Made by a program: the position numbers and the translations under genes. The notes under the pieces are model-generated. The model was not told the DNA's origin. It saw only the letters and a program-made list of their open reading frames with translations, and searched no databases. DNA of 64,000 nt from an uncultured Candidatus Saccharibacteria bacterium (GTDB lineage: Bacteria; Patescibacteriota; Minisyncoccia; Phycocordibacterales; UBA9973): contig CAZYIA010000001.1 of assembly GCA_964646765.1 (NCBI GenBank), forward strand, positions 341,621-405,620. Direction: 5' to 3'. Within the stretch, counting starts at the first letter, position 1, and every line of letters starts with the position of its first letter. Below, one piece after another: positions 8,375 through 17,344 of the stretch.

Positions 8375-11300
8375 CTACTGTCCTTCTAACACTGCATTCA
8401 CCTGTGTACGTGTAACCGGACCAAAGTAGCCTTTAGCTGGAGAAATACGGTGAGCTTTTTGATAAGCAGCTAGGGCGCGCGTTGTTTTGCGGCCAAAGAA
8501 TTTCGTTTCGTGGCCAGGAGAACCTCCACCAGTTGTTGCTATCGAGAAATTATTATCATTGAGATACTTTTGAAGCAGCAGCACGTCTTGGTCAGTCATT
8601 CCCTCTTTCAAATTCTTTAAGAAGAGATGTGGCTGTTTTTTTTCAGGCTGCGGTGATTGAGTATCTGTTTTTACCGAACCAATAGTTCCCCCAATTGGAG
8701 AAAGTGGGCTGCTAACTAAAGTAACAATACCTCCACCAGAACTACCAGAACTTAATCGGAACGAGTAGCTACTATCATTACCAACTTCAACCCAGCCAAG
8801 CGCTGACTCACTATCACCTTCATTACTTACCGTGCTTACAATCCAATAATAGGTTCCGGGTAAAAGTGTTTGCCCTGGATTGCCTTGATAGTAAGTTCCA
8901 CCAAGAGCTTGCTGGCCAACCCTAAAGGAACTTGGGCCTGCTTCACCTAAAGCAGATTCGTACGTGATGAGTGTGTTGTTATCCATCAATGGATACGTAT
9001 TTCCAAGTGCAAACATATAGCCAACATGGGCAAGAGGATCGGTATGAGATGTCGTAAAGGTAAATGTTGGCTGAGTATCGTGGGTACTACCATTATTTAT
9101 TAGTGTTGCTGGACCAAGATTCGTTGGCACTCCTGGTGTACCAGCACAAGTAACATGAATAGTTACCATACCAATATCGGTGCCGCCGTGTTGGTCATCA
9201 ATGTTGTAGGTAAAACTGTCTGTGCCACAAAAATCAGAATCTGGAGTGTAGAATCCCACTCCAGTTCCTGGCGAAATAGAAGCTTCACCATGAGCTGCCT
9301 GGGTTTCTAAGCCATCTCCCAAAGAGTCGCCATCAGGATCAGTGTCGTTATCAAGAACTGCAATCATTACGCCTTCACGCTGTGGTGTGGTAACTTCATC
9401 ATCAACAGCAACTGGATTTTGATTCGGACAAGTAACAGTCACATGTACCGTAGCGTTAGCTGTCGCGTTTGAGGTATCAGAAATTGTATACGTAAATGAG
9501 TCAGAACCACAGAAATCTTCTTGGGGAGTATACAGAATGCTGCCATCAGAATATTCTGTATTAGCGTGACCAGAAAAACCAACGCCAGTGAGGGTAATTG
9601 CATCAAGGTCAGGATCAGAGTCATTTGCCCGAACATCGAATAGTGTTGGTGTGTTTATAGCAATAGTAAACGAATCATCAACGGCAAGTGGAGAATCATT
9701 AACCGGCGGTGGAGGCGGTGCAATATCACAGTGAACAGTAATCGTCACTGTCGCAGTAGCTGTATCAGTTCCATCAGATACCGTGTACTCAATCGTATCG
9801 TCACCGCAGAAATCTGTGTTAGGCGTATAGCTAAATCCCGAACCCGTACTCGTAGCATCGCCATGATGGGTAGTAAAATCAGTTATAGAAAGAGAATCAT
9901 CATCCGCGTCGGAGTCATTTACCAGAGCATCAAGTGCGTTCAATGAGGAATTTTGTTCTACAGTATATGCGTCATCAACAGCAACTGGTGCAGTATTTCC
10001 CCCACCACCTCCACCACCAAGTGCATCAACAGTGAGGCTCGCAGTATCAGTATCGATAGAAAATGCTGTGGTGCCGCCATTGGTAGTTGTATCTACGCTG
10101 GCTCCATGGCTACCGCTTGTTTGATCCCAAGCTCGGAAAGTAATAATGTCGCTAATAGTACCGCTATACCCTGGGTTTGGCTCACAATAAATGCGATCAG
10201 TCGTTGAAAGTAGCTGCGCAGAATCGTCAGCTACAGCGCCAAATAAATTCCACGTACTACCAGAATCAGTCGAGTAACGACAGGTTGTGTTAACGGAATC
10301 TATTCCAGTCACAGCGATACCGTACAATGCTCCTGAATCAACATCGGTAACATTATCCAATCCACCAATAATAGTAGCCGAGTCTACTAAATTAGAAACT
10401 AATGTTCCTACCGCACCACTAGGTGCGCCATCACCTTCAGTAACCGAATTAAAGACTGGGCTTTTTGAGTTGTCTAGCACGGGCGCATCGTTTACTGGAG
10501 TTACAAAAAGACCAATAGTATCCGTAGTATTTGAAAACGCAGTCGTCCCGCCGTTAATAGAAGGATTAGCTGTCCCCCCGTCACTACCGCTTGTTTGATC
10601 CCAAGCCCTGAAAGTTAATGCTGTGAATGATCCACTAGCATCGGCATTCGGTTGGCAGTAGATGCGGTTATCTGCATCCGCGGTAAGCAATCGAGCTACT
10701 GTAGCCGACACGGAGCCGAACAAAGACCATGTGGTTCCACCGTTTAGTGAATAGTAACAAGTTAGGCTGGAATCCTGCGCAATAACTGCGATACCAAGCT
10801 GGGCGCTACTATCACTATCTGTTACGTTATCAACTTGCCCAACAGGAGAAGCGAAGTCAACCAAAGATGCCACAAGCGTGCCAACTGCACCGCTTGGAGC
10901 TGAAGCATCTTCACTTACTGATGAGAGAGTTGGGCTCTTGGAAGCGTCGAGAACTGGTGCATCGTTTACTGAAGTACCTGTCATAGCCTTACTACCTGAT
11001 ATAGACAAAGCGCCGTCGCTAACGTTTGTTGTAATAGTAAAGTTGCTGCTGAAATTTGCCGACGGAGTAAACGTAAGGGCCGCAAGCAGTGTATTCACAT
11101 CCGCAATTGCACCACTGGCAGTCCAAACGCCAGTACCGGCGTTATACGTTGAGGTGACGGCGTTTGAAGTGGCGGTATTAAAACTTCCAGCTGCTGCATT
11201 TGAAAGAGTGAGTGTAGCGGTAACGTTTGCACTATCTACATCGCTTACAATAATATCGGTCAAATTCTGAGCCACATCTTCAGTGTATGTTTCAGCAGCA

Positions 11301-13120
11301 CTTAAGTTTGTAGCTGTCGGTGCATCATTAACCGCAGTACCGGTCACAGCTTTTGCTCCTGTCACCGCAGCAGCAACGCCATCACTTACTGATGTACTGA
11401 TAACAAAATTACTATTGAAGTTTGCCGTTGGAGTAAAGGTAACACTTGCAAGTAAAGTATTCACATTGGCAATTGCACCACTGGCAGTCCAGACACCAGT
11501 ACTAAACGTTGAGGTCACTGCTCCGGAAGTCCCTGTTGAGAGTGAACCGGCCGAAAGATTTGAAAGAGTCAACGTGGCAGTAACCGAGGAACTATCAACA
11601 TCTGTTGCCACAATATCTATGAGATTGAGTGGTGTATCTTCTGTGTATGTTTCAGCGGCGCTCAAGTTAGTTGCAGTCGGAGCATCGTTAACAGCTACTC
11701 CCGTCATTGCTTTCGAGCCAGTTACGCTTAGTGAACCATCACTTACGCTCGTGGTAATTGTAAAAGGACTATTGAAGTTAGCTGCGGGAGTAAACGTAAG
11801 TGCTGCAAGTAATATATTTACATTCGCAATTGCACCACTGGCAGTCCAAACACCGGTGCCGGCATTGTATGTAGATGTTACGGCCCCAGAAGTAGCAGTA
11901 TTAAAACTTCCGGCTGCAGTATTAGAGAGAGTGAGCGTCGCGGTAACGTTTGCACTATCTACATCACTCACAACAATATCGGTAAGATTAAGCGAAGTAT
12001 CTTCAGTATAGGTTTCTCCGGCACTAAGATTAGTTGCTGTCGGAGCGTCGTTAACCGCTACTCCTATCATTGTCTTTGAACCAGTTGCACTCAACGAACC
12101 ATCGCTCACGCTTGTCGTAATAGTAAAAGAGCTATTAAAATTCGTTGCCGGAGTAAATGTCAGCGCTGCTAACAACACATTCACATCCGCAATCGCACCA
12201 CTCGCAGTCCAAACACCAGTACCGGCGTTATACGTTGAGGTGACGGCGTTTGAAGTTCCGGTGTTGAGACTTCCAGCTGCAGTATTAGAGAGTGTGAGCG
12301 TGGCGGTTATATTTCCCCCATCAACGTCACTCGCAACAATATCAGTTAGATTAAGTGGTGTATCTTCCGTATACGTTTCAGCAGCGCTTAAGTTGGTTGC
12401 AGTTGGAGCACTATTGGCTGGTTTTAAAATCACAGTAAGGACAGCTCCGTAACCAGCGTTTGTGTTAGCTGTTGCCGTCAAACTTCCAGTAGCTGTTGCA
12501 CTTGTTTGAAGAAGGTAATCACTTTCCATTGAGATACCTGAAGTATTTGGCGTAGTAAGAGAGGAAAGATCGGATGACTCTGTCATGCCCGCAGGTGGTG
12601 TCCATGTACTAGAATGTTCATACTCAAAAAAACTCAACACCATAGCTCCATTTACGCTTGGAGTAACACTACCAACGGTGTGTGAGAGACTAGACGCAGT
12701 ATCTGTTCCCAAGTACGTATCTATCGGGCTACTCGTATCCCCTCCGGAAAATGCCATTGTGCTGCCGACAACACCAGTGTTCGTGCTTACTGTCCAAGTA
12801 TAGGAACTCGGCTCTGATCCAGTTGCAACCTTGTAATACACAGAGAGCCTTGTTGAAGTATTATTTGTATTAAGTACCGTTTGTATAGTCGTCCAGCCGG
12901 AAGGAGCAGTTATAGTTGCAGTTGATGAACGCACTGAAACTGCCGTAATAAGTATGTCGCCAGACGTTGTGCCAGTTGGTTTAGCTATTGAAAGACTCCC
13001 ACTTGTTCCGGTATCTGTGCTTACTGAACGATAACTGAGAGCCGCAAAAGCATTACTTGGCTTAAAAACAAATACGCAAAATGCAATGACAAGAAAGATA
13101 AATGGTGAGATTCTTTTCAT
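8375..13120 (-). CDS. Giant secreted adhesin-like protein: signal peptide, cadherin/Ig-like tandem repeats, C-terminal peptidoglycan-binding domain
   Basis: MKRISPFIFL...AFA signal; four APTATNLSAxETYTED repeats; two NDAPVLD...FRAWDQTSG repeats; three PxAVDD...NDSD (Big_9-like) repeats; LKEGMTDQDVLLLQKYLN...GYFGPVTR. Confidence 0.85.
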   Translation of the reverse strand: MKRISPFIFLVIAFCVFVFKPSNAFAALSYRSVSTDTGTSGSLSIAKPTGTTSGDILITAVSVRSSTATITAPSGWTTIQTVLNTNNTSTRLSVYYKVATGSEPSSYTWTVSTNTGVVGSTMAFSGGDTSSPIDTYLGTDTASSLSHTVGSVTPSVNGAMVLSFFEYEHSSTWTPPAGMTESSDLSSLTTPNTSGISMESDYLLQTSATATGSLTATANTNAGYGAVLTVILKPANSAPTATNLSAAETYTEDTPLNLTDIVASDVDGGNITATLTLSNTAAGSLNTGTSNAVTSTYNAGTGVWTASGAIADVNVLLAALTFTPATNFNSSFTITTSVSDGSLSATGSKTMIGVAVNDAPTATNLSAGETYTEDTSLNLTDIVVSDVDSANVTATLTLSNTAAGSFNTATSGAVTSTYNAGTGVWTASGAIANVNILLAALTFTPAANFNSPFTITTSVSDGSLSVTGSKAMTGVAVNDAPTATNLSAAETYTEDTPLNLIDIVATDVDSSSVTATLTLSNLSAGSLSTGTSGAVTSTFSTGVWTASGAIANVNTLLASVTFTPTANFNSNFVISTSVSDGVAAAVTGAKAVTGTAVNDAPTATNLSAAETYTEDVAQNLTDIIVSDVDSANVTATLTLSNAAAGSFNTATSNAVTSTYNAGTGVWTASGAIADVNTLLAALTFTPSANFSSNFTITTNVSDGALSISGSKAMTGTSVNDAPVLDASKSPTLSSVSEDASAPSGAVGTLVASLVDFASPVGQVDNVTDSDSSAQLGIAVIAQDSSLTCYYSLNGGTTWSLFGSVSATVARLLTADADNRIYCQPNADASGSFTALTFRAWDQTSGSDGGTANPSINGGTTAFSNTTDTIGLFVTPVNDAPVLDNSKSPVFNSVTEGDGAPSGAVGTLVSNLVDSATIIGGLDNVTDVDSGALYGIAVTGIDSVNTTCRYSTDSGSTWNLFGAVADDSAQLLSTTDRIYCEPNPGYSGTISDIITFRAWDQTSGSHGASVDTTTNGGTTAFSIDTDTASLTVDALGGGGGGGNTAPVAVDDAYTVEQNSSLNALDALVNDSDADDDSLSITDFTTHHGDATSTGSGFSYTPNTDFCGDDTIEYTVSDGTDTATATVTITVHCDIAPPPPPVNDSPLAVDDSFTIAINTPTLFDVRANDSDPDLDAITLTGVGFSGHANTEYSDGSILYTPQEDFCGSDSFTYTISDTSNATANATVHVTVTCPNQNPVAVDDEVTTPQREGVMIAVLDNDTDPDGDSLGDGLETQAAHGEASISPGTGVGFYTPDSDFCGTDSFTYNIDDQHGGTDIGMVTIHVTCAGTPGVPTNLGPATLINNGSTHDTQPTFTFTTSHTDPLAHVGYMFALGNTYPLMDNNTLITYESALGEAGPSSFRVGQQALGGTYYQGNPGQTLLPGTYYWIVSTVSNEGDSESALGWVEVGNDSSYSFRLSSGSSGGGIVTLVSSPLSPIGGTIGSVKTDTQSPQPEKKQPHLFLKNLKEGMTDQDVLLLQKYLNDNNFSIATTGGGSPGHETKFFGRKTTRALAAYQKAHRISPAKGYFGPVTRTQVNAVLEGQ

Positions 13121-13223
13121 GATTAAACTACTGTCGAGCAACTAAAAAACCAGCGGGATAAAAAACCTTCAAAAATTTCATACCGGAATTGTACTAAATG
13201 GAGAGTGAAATGACTATGGAAAA

Positions 13224-13411
13224 GTGACGGGAAGAATTTTCCCTCGCCTCTTGCTGTGCCGTCGCACAGCTCGGGCTGGGCACCGCCTCGCGGTTTGCTT
13301 TGCTAAGCAAACAACGCTCCGGCGTTCGAATCCTTACGGAAGCAATTCAAATTGCTTCCTCCCAGCGCACAGAAGAAAAAAGCTGTCCTAAAAGACAGCT
13401 CTTTTTCAACG
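13224..13411 (-). repeat. tRNA-Tyr-matched structured spacer A
   Basis: + strand GTTCGAATCCTT[ACGGAAGCAATTCAAATTGCTTCC]TCCCAGCGCAC 13324-13370 is the tRNA-Tyr 3' end split by a palindrome; terminator-like hairpin 13376-13407; core 13241-13329 is 79/89 identical to 26886-26974. Confidence 0.85.
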
Positions 13412-14531
13412 TGTGCAGCGTAGTAAAGGATATTAGAACTGAACTTATGAAAGTTAGCCCTAGTCTTTATGTGCCAAATTTGAGTGTTTGGTCGGAGTAG
13501 TAAGCAATAATTTACTTTGTTCAGCAATTTTCAATCAAATACTTCCTTACCATTGCCATTTCCTTATCCCTACCAGTCATATGCCAATATCGGAATTTCA
13601 TATAAGCGCTTAGAACGACGGCCGCGTGCAATGCTGATTTGTCATATGATGTATTGTCTGAGAAATAGCCTTCTTTTAATTTTTCAACATGGTCATAGTT
13701 GCCTAGTGCACTCAATATCTGAAGACTACGTCCGATGTCTATAATCGGATTATTGAACATTGGGTCTGGATCGATGATCGTGGGAGGGACAGATGCCATA
13801 ATATCGTCTACACAAAAATCCATATGACAATAAGAACTCTTTGGATTGCGTTCATCATAAGCAATAAGAGTGTCAATCACATTTGAGACTGGCCAAAGTT
13901 TCGTATCTAACAAACCAGCCTCCTCAACGTATTTGATTTTATTTTGCACTTTTTCACTCCTAATCCAATCCTTAAATGTCTTGTATTCTGCCTTACCATC
14001 CACAAGGTAGCCGTAACCTTCAGCGCTGGGCTTGTGCATAGTAAAAAGAATCTTTCCTAGATCGACCCATATATCACTCTTCACGAGGCCACTATTTATT
14101 GCTTCTGAAAGAACGGGTGCATCGATAAAGCTCATGAGTATGTAGGAGTAGTCTCCTAGTTTTCCCTCCTTATATATATGTGGCACAGTTACTCCAACAT
14201 CTTCCCATTTCTTTAAGAACAGAGCTTCTCCTTCGGCGTCAGGTTTCAAGGGAATTTTAAGAACATACTTATTAGTGCCTGCTTCAATAAATGCCACTAA
14301 GGCTGAGACACCTTGGTGGGAAAATTCCACGGAGATATCCTTACCAACGAACATTTCATCAGAAGAGAAAAAAGATTCTATAAGCGGAACAAGTGCTACG
14401 CGCCGATCATTGAATGTCTTATCAAACTCATGCTCTGAAAACCTTGGCTTATTTTTGTAATGTATCTGGGACATTAGGAAATTATAACGGAACAAGAAAC
14501 CTGAGTGAAATTATGGAAAATAGTTTTGTGC
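13412..14531. mobile_element. Recombinase-less integrated cassette at a tRNA-Tyr 3'-end copy
   Basis: TGTGC at both ends (13412-13416, 14527-14531); right end continues as antisense tRNA-Tyr GTGCGCCGGGAAGGA; left arm carries the attP-like motif ATTAGAACT. Confidence 0.6.
13521..14474 (-). CDS. Aminoglycoside phosphotransferase (APH)/choline-kinase-like protein
   Basis: YVLKI, EALFL...GVTVP, YILMSFI, CHMDF...IIDPDP; TATAAT 6 nt before ATG 14474. Confidence 0.7.
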   Translation of the reverse strand: MSQIHYKNKPRFSEHEFDKTFNDRRVALVPLIESFFSSDEMFVGKDISVEFSHQGVSALVAFIEAGTNKYVLKIPLKPDAEGEALFLKKWEDVGVTVPHIYKEGKLGDYSYILMSFIDAPVLSEAINSGLVKSDIWVDLGKILFTMHKPSAEGYGYLVDGKAEYKTFKDWIRSEKVQNKIKYVEEAGLLDTKLWPVSNVIDTLIAYDERNPKSSYCHMDFCVDDIMASVPPTIIDPDPMFNNPIIDIGRSLQILSALGNYDHVEKLKEGYFSDNTSYDKSALHAAVVLSAYMKFRYWHMTGRDKEMAMVRKYLIENC

Positions 14532-14692
14532 GCCGGGAAGGAATTTCTCGGCTTACAGCCGCAGTACACCTTTTCGGCGAATTCAAAACAAGTTTCTCAT
14601 TTGCAGCGAAAAGCTCTTAGAATCCTTCCCGCGACTGAAGCAGTTCAGTCGCTCCGGCCACGTAAAAAACGGCCTTGAAGCCGTTTTTTAGT
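14528..14692 (-). repeat. tRNA-Tyr-matched structured spacer B
   Basis: 15-bp direct repeat GTGCGCCGGGAAGGA (14528-14542 = 18875-18889); inverted copy TTAGAATCCTTCCC[GCGACTG-AAGCAGTT-CAGTCGC]TCCGGCCAC 14617-14661; terminator-like hairpin 14664-14689. Confidence 0.85.
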
Positions 14693-14890
14693 GTGTCTCT
14701 ATTGTACCAAGTTAGAACCTATTTCCAAAATAAATAAAGCGGACGAATTTTTGCGAAACAATTTTTCTGGGGAAAAGGATTCGCAAAAATTCGGCTGATT
14801 TTTTTTGAAATTCGGACTCGCCCGCGCGGAGGAGGGGTCTGGGGAGGAATCCGCGCGGGCTTCGGCTTTTTGTTTTTTGGCGGGGCGGGC
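14693..14890 (+). repeat. 198-bp inverted repeat, copy 1 (attP P' arm); partner 16809-17006
   Basis: Base-by-base reverse-complement match, no mismatch found. Confidence 0.97.
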
Positions 14891-14928
14891 AAATAGAAAA
14901 AACAGCGAAAAAATGATAAAATGAATTT

Positions 14929-15423
14929 ATGGAAAATCCAGAGTTAAATCACGAAAAACCTCCTATTGCTGTTGAGAAAATATCTCACATTTTTTCGTCT
15001 AATGCCGAAAAGCGTATTTGTGTTGTTGGTGCAAGCTGTGTAGGAAAATCTACTTTACTTCGGTTTTTGCCAGAAGCTGTTGATATGGACGATTTGCTTT
15101 TCGGCAACAAACAAAAAGGAATTGAGCCATTACTTACACAACAAGAAAGAGATTATGTCTGTGGGCCTTGGACACCAGAAGTCGGTCAATTTATGACCAA
15201 GAAAGCCCACGAACTTATAAAAATTGAAGCAGGTCATCCAGTTTTCGGCACAATCGTTTTTCCATCAGATTTAGTAATTGAAGTGTCTGTTCCCGACGAT
15301 ATTTTACGAGAAAGGATTAGGCGAAGAAACTCAAATGAGCAAGATGTTTTTAACATGAAAGCACAAATTGAATCTGAAATTGAAAAGTCGGGTATAGAGA
15401 AAATTGTTATTGAAAATATATGA
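14929..15423 (+). CDS. Small P-loop kinase-like protein
   Basis: ICVVGASCVGKST Walker A, VDMDD, LRERIRRR lid. Confidence 0.7.
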   Translation: MENPELNHEKPPIAVEKISHIFSSNAEKRICVVGASCVGKSTLLRFLPEAVDMDDLLFGNKQKGIEPLLTQQERDYVCGPWTPEVGQFMTKKAHELIKIEAGHPVFGTIVFPSDLVIEVSVPDDILRERIRRRNSNEQDVFNMKAQIESEIEKSGIEKIVIENI

Positions 15424-16043
15424 AAATAATTCTCGCCTCAGATTTAAGTTTTCTTTTGAAATACGGTTATGATTTAACTGGCATTCCAAAGTCCGAAATG
15501 AAAATCGGATATATTACAACCGCTTCAAAAGGATCAAGAGATACGGCATTTCTTGAAAAAGTTAAAAATGCGATGAAAGAAAACGGTATTGATTTTGAGG
15601 AAATTGATATTGAGGGTAAAAGCAAAGATGAAATACTTAACTTTTTCAAGAACAAAAACATTATTCATGTTGAGGGCGGAAATACTTTTTATTTGCTAAA
15701 AGCAATTAGAGAAAGTGGTTTTGCAGAGGCACTGAAAGAATTATTGAACGAGGGGAAAATTTATATCGGCACAAGTGCGGGAGCGTATGTTATGTGTCCA
15801 ACTATTGAAGTAGCAAACTGGAATGAAACTGGTAGAGATAGATTTGGTTTAACTGATTTTTCAGCGTTAAATTATGTACCTTTTGTTTTGAAAGTCCATT
15901 ACAAAGACGAAATGGAAAATACAGTGAAAGAAAAAATGAGAACTCTAAAATATCCGCTTAGAATTTTGCGAGACGGACAAGGGATTTTGGTCGAAAATGG
16001 TGAATATGAATTTGTCGGAGATAATCCCGAAGTAATTTTTTAA
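15420..16043 (+). CDS. Peptidase S51 (peptidase E) family
   Basis: YITTAS, VEGGNTFYLL, YIGTSAGA, VHY. Confidence 0.9.
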   Translation: MKIILASDLSFLLKYGYDLTGIPKSEMKIGYITTASKGSRDTAFLEKVKNAMKENGIDFEEIDIEGKSKDEILNFFKNKNIIHVEGGNTFYLLKAIRESGFAEALKELLNEGKIYIGTSAGAYVMCPTIEVANWNETGRDRFGLTDFSALNYVPFVLKVHYKDEMENTVKEKMRTLKYPLRILRDGQGILVENGEYEFVGDNPEVIF

Positions 16044-16047
16044 ATTT

Positions 16048-16788
16048 ATGATTAAGCCCATTATTCTTGCAAAAGGAAATTTTAAGCCAGAAGATTTAAT
16101 GACAACAGTCAGTGAATCTAATAGGAAAATTGATCCGAACAGAGAAAATCAATTAAACACTCTTTGGGCGGAAAAAGAGAAGAATGCCAAAGAAAAGGGC
16201 AAATTAATATATAACGGACTTTCTTATCGCTTAAATAGCTTAAAAGCTGAAAATGGTAAATTGTTTTTAGATTTTGGAATTTTTGATTTTAAAACTAGAG
16301 AATGTTTACCGGAAACTCCCGGATTTTACGAAACGACGGAAGAATATTGGCGTAAAGGATGCCATACTATTGCTACAGTTAAAACCTCTGACGATAGGTA
16401 TTTAATGGTGGAACTTTCTGGAAAATCAATGAATAAAAACACAATTGAATTTTTGGGTGGCATAATGGAAACAGAACCACCAATAAAATTAGGTAAGGAC
16501 ATTTTCCATTCGTTATATAAAGAATTGGAAGAGGAAGCGTTTATTACTGAATCAGATATTGCCGATTCTAATTTAAAAATGGTTTATATAAATTGGAATA
16601 CAAATGTTGGTTTTTATTTTGAGATTTTATTAAAACTTACTTCAGAACAATTACAAGAAAGATTTAATGAACAAACAAAAGAAATTGATATTAAATCTCT
16701 AAAAATTATGTCTCGCCCAGAATATATCAATGTGTTAGAGAATCATAACCCTAATAAACAATTTTTAGCGAAGCAAATAGAGATTTAA
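16048..16788 (+). CDS. Divergent NUDIX-like protein
   Basis: EFLGGIME...LYKELEEEAFI resembles a Nudix box; YNGLSYRL N-terminal motif. Confidence 0.55.
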   Translation: MIKPIILAKGNFKPEDLMTTVSESNRKIDPNRENQLNTLWAEKEKNAKEKGKLIYNGLSYRLNSLKAENGKLFLDFGIFDFKTRECLPETPGFYETTEEYWRKGCHTIATVKTSDDRYLMVELSGKSMNKNTIEFLGGIMETEPPIKLGKDIFHSLYKELEEEAFITESDIADSNLKMVYINWNTNVGFYFEILLKLTSEQLQERFNEQTKEIDIKSLKIMSRPEYINVLENHNPNKQFLAKQIEI

Positions 16789-16808
16789 TAACCCCTTTTA
16801 GATTTTAA

Positions 16809-17148
16809 GCCCGCCCCGCCAAAAAACAAAAAGCCGAAGCCCGCGCGGATTCCTCCCCAGACCCCTCCTCCGCGCGGGCGAGTCCGAATTTCAAAAAAAA
16901 TCAGCCGAATTTTTGCGAATCCTTTTCCCCAGAAAAATTGTTTCGCAAAAATTCGTCCGCTTTATTTATTTTGGAAATAGGTTCTAACTTGGTACAATAG
17001 AGACACCAGAATTTTACTAATCGGTTTTTTGGAAGCCCCAATGCGGGACGCGCGAAGCGCGTCCCAAGGATTCCCGCCGATTTTTCCTAATGAATTTGGA
17101 GCGTCGCCTTCGGCGACGCGCACTGTTTTCTCGCCAAGAAGCAGGTTC
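16809..17148 (-). repeat. Internal inverted complete attP copy (340 bp: 145-bp P arm and 198-bp P' arm overlapping at GTG)
   Basis: 16809-17006 is the reverse complement of 14693-14890; 17004-17148 is the reverse complement of 18733-18877. Confidence 0.95.
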
Positions 17149-17222
17149 AAAATCAGAAGCAATTTTGACTCAGAGTATTTGCTTTGATACAAAAAGAATT
17201 TTTGCCTTTTTTCTAAAAGTAG

Positions 17223-17319
17223 TATAATGACCTTGCGCAAACTTACGGAAGGTCTATTTTAATGGCCGTCTTGGACTTATCTAGATCTTCTAGGTTTGCG
17301 CACCAGGGCGGCCATTTAA
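17223..17319 (+). promoter_or_regulatory. -10 box plus pseudoknot-type leader of recombinase 1
   Basis: TATAAT 17223-17228; 17234-17256 pairs with 17282-17302; 17259-17274 pairs with 17303-17319. Confidence 0.6.
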
Positions 17320-17344
17320 GTTTTATCAATTAATTTTTATTTCT

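Noticed and set aside
10900-12420. Long direct repeats as a CRISPR array or DGR template/variable repeats
   Set aside because: They are in-frame protein domain repeats with no spacer pattern; no cas or reverse transcriptase gene in the window
13324-13344. GTTCGAATCCTTACGGAAGCA as an attR copy of tRNA-Arg (8296-8367) bounding an adhesin island
   Set aside because: GGAAGCA is one arm of the inserted palindrome; the flanks on both sides match tRNA-Tyr better
13224-14692. Classical integron attC array
   Set aside because: No tyrosine integrase (IntI) and no consistent RYYYAAC/GTTRRRY ends; boundaries are tRNA-derived
14693-17006. Composite transposon or IS with terminal inverted repeats
   Set aside because: No transposase or target-site duplication seen; the repeats are explained as attP arms
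16962-17240. 92-aa ORF as a second recombinase gene or RDF
   Set aside because: It is the inverted attP copy read in frame; its N-terminal part is antisense promoter sequence
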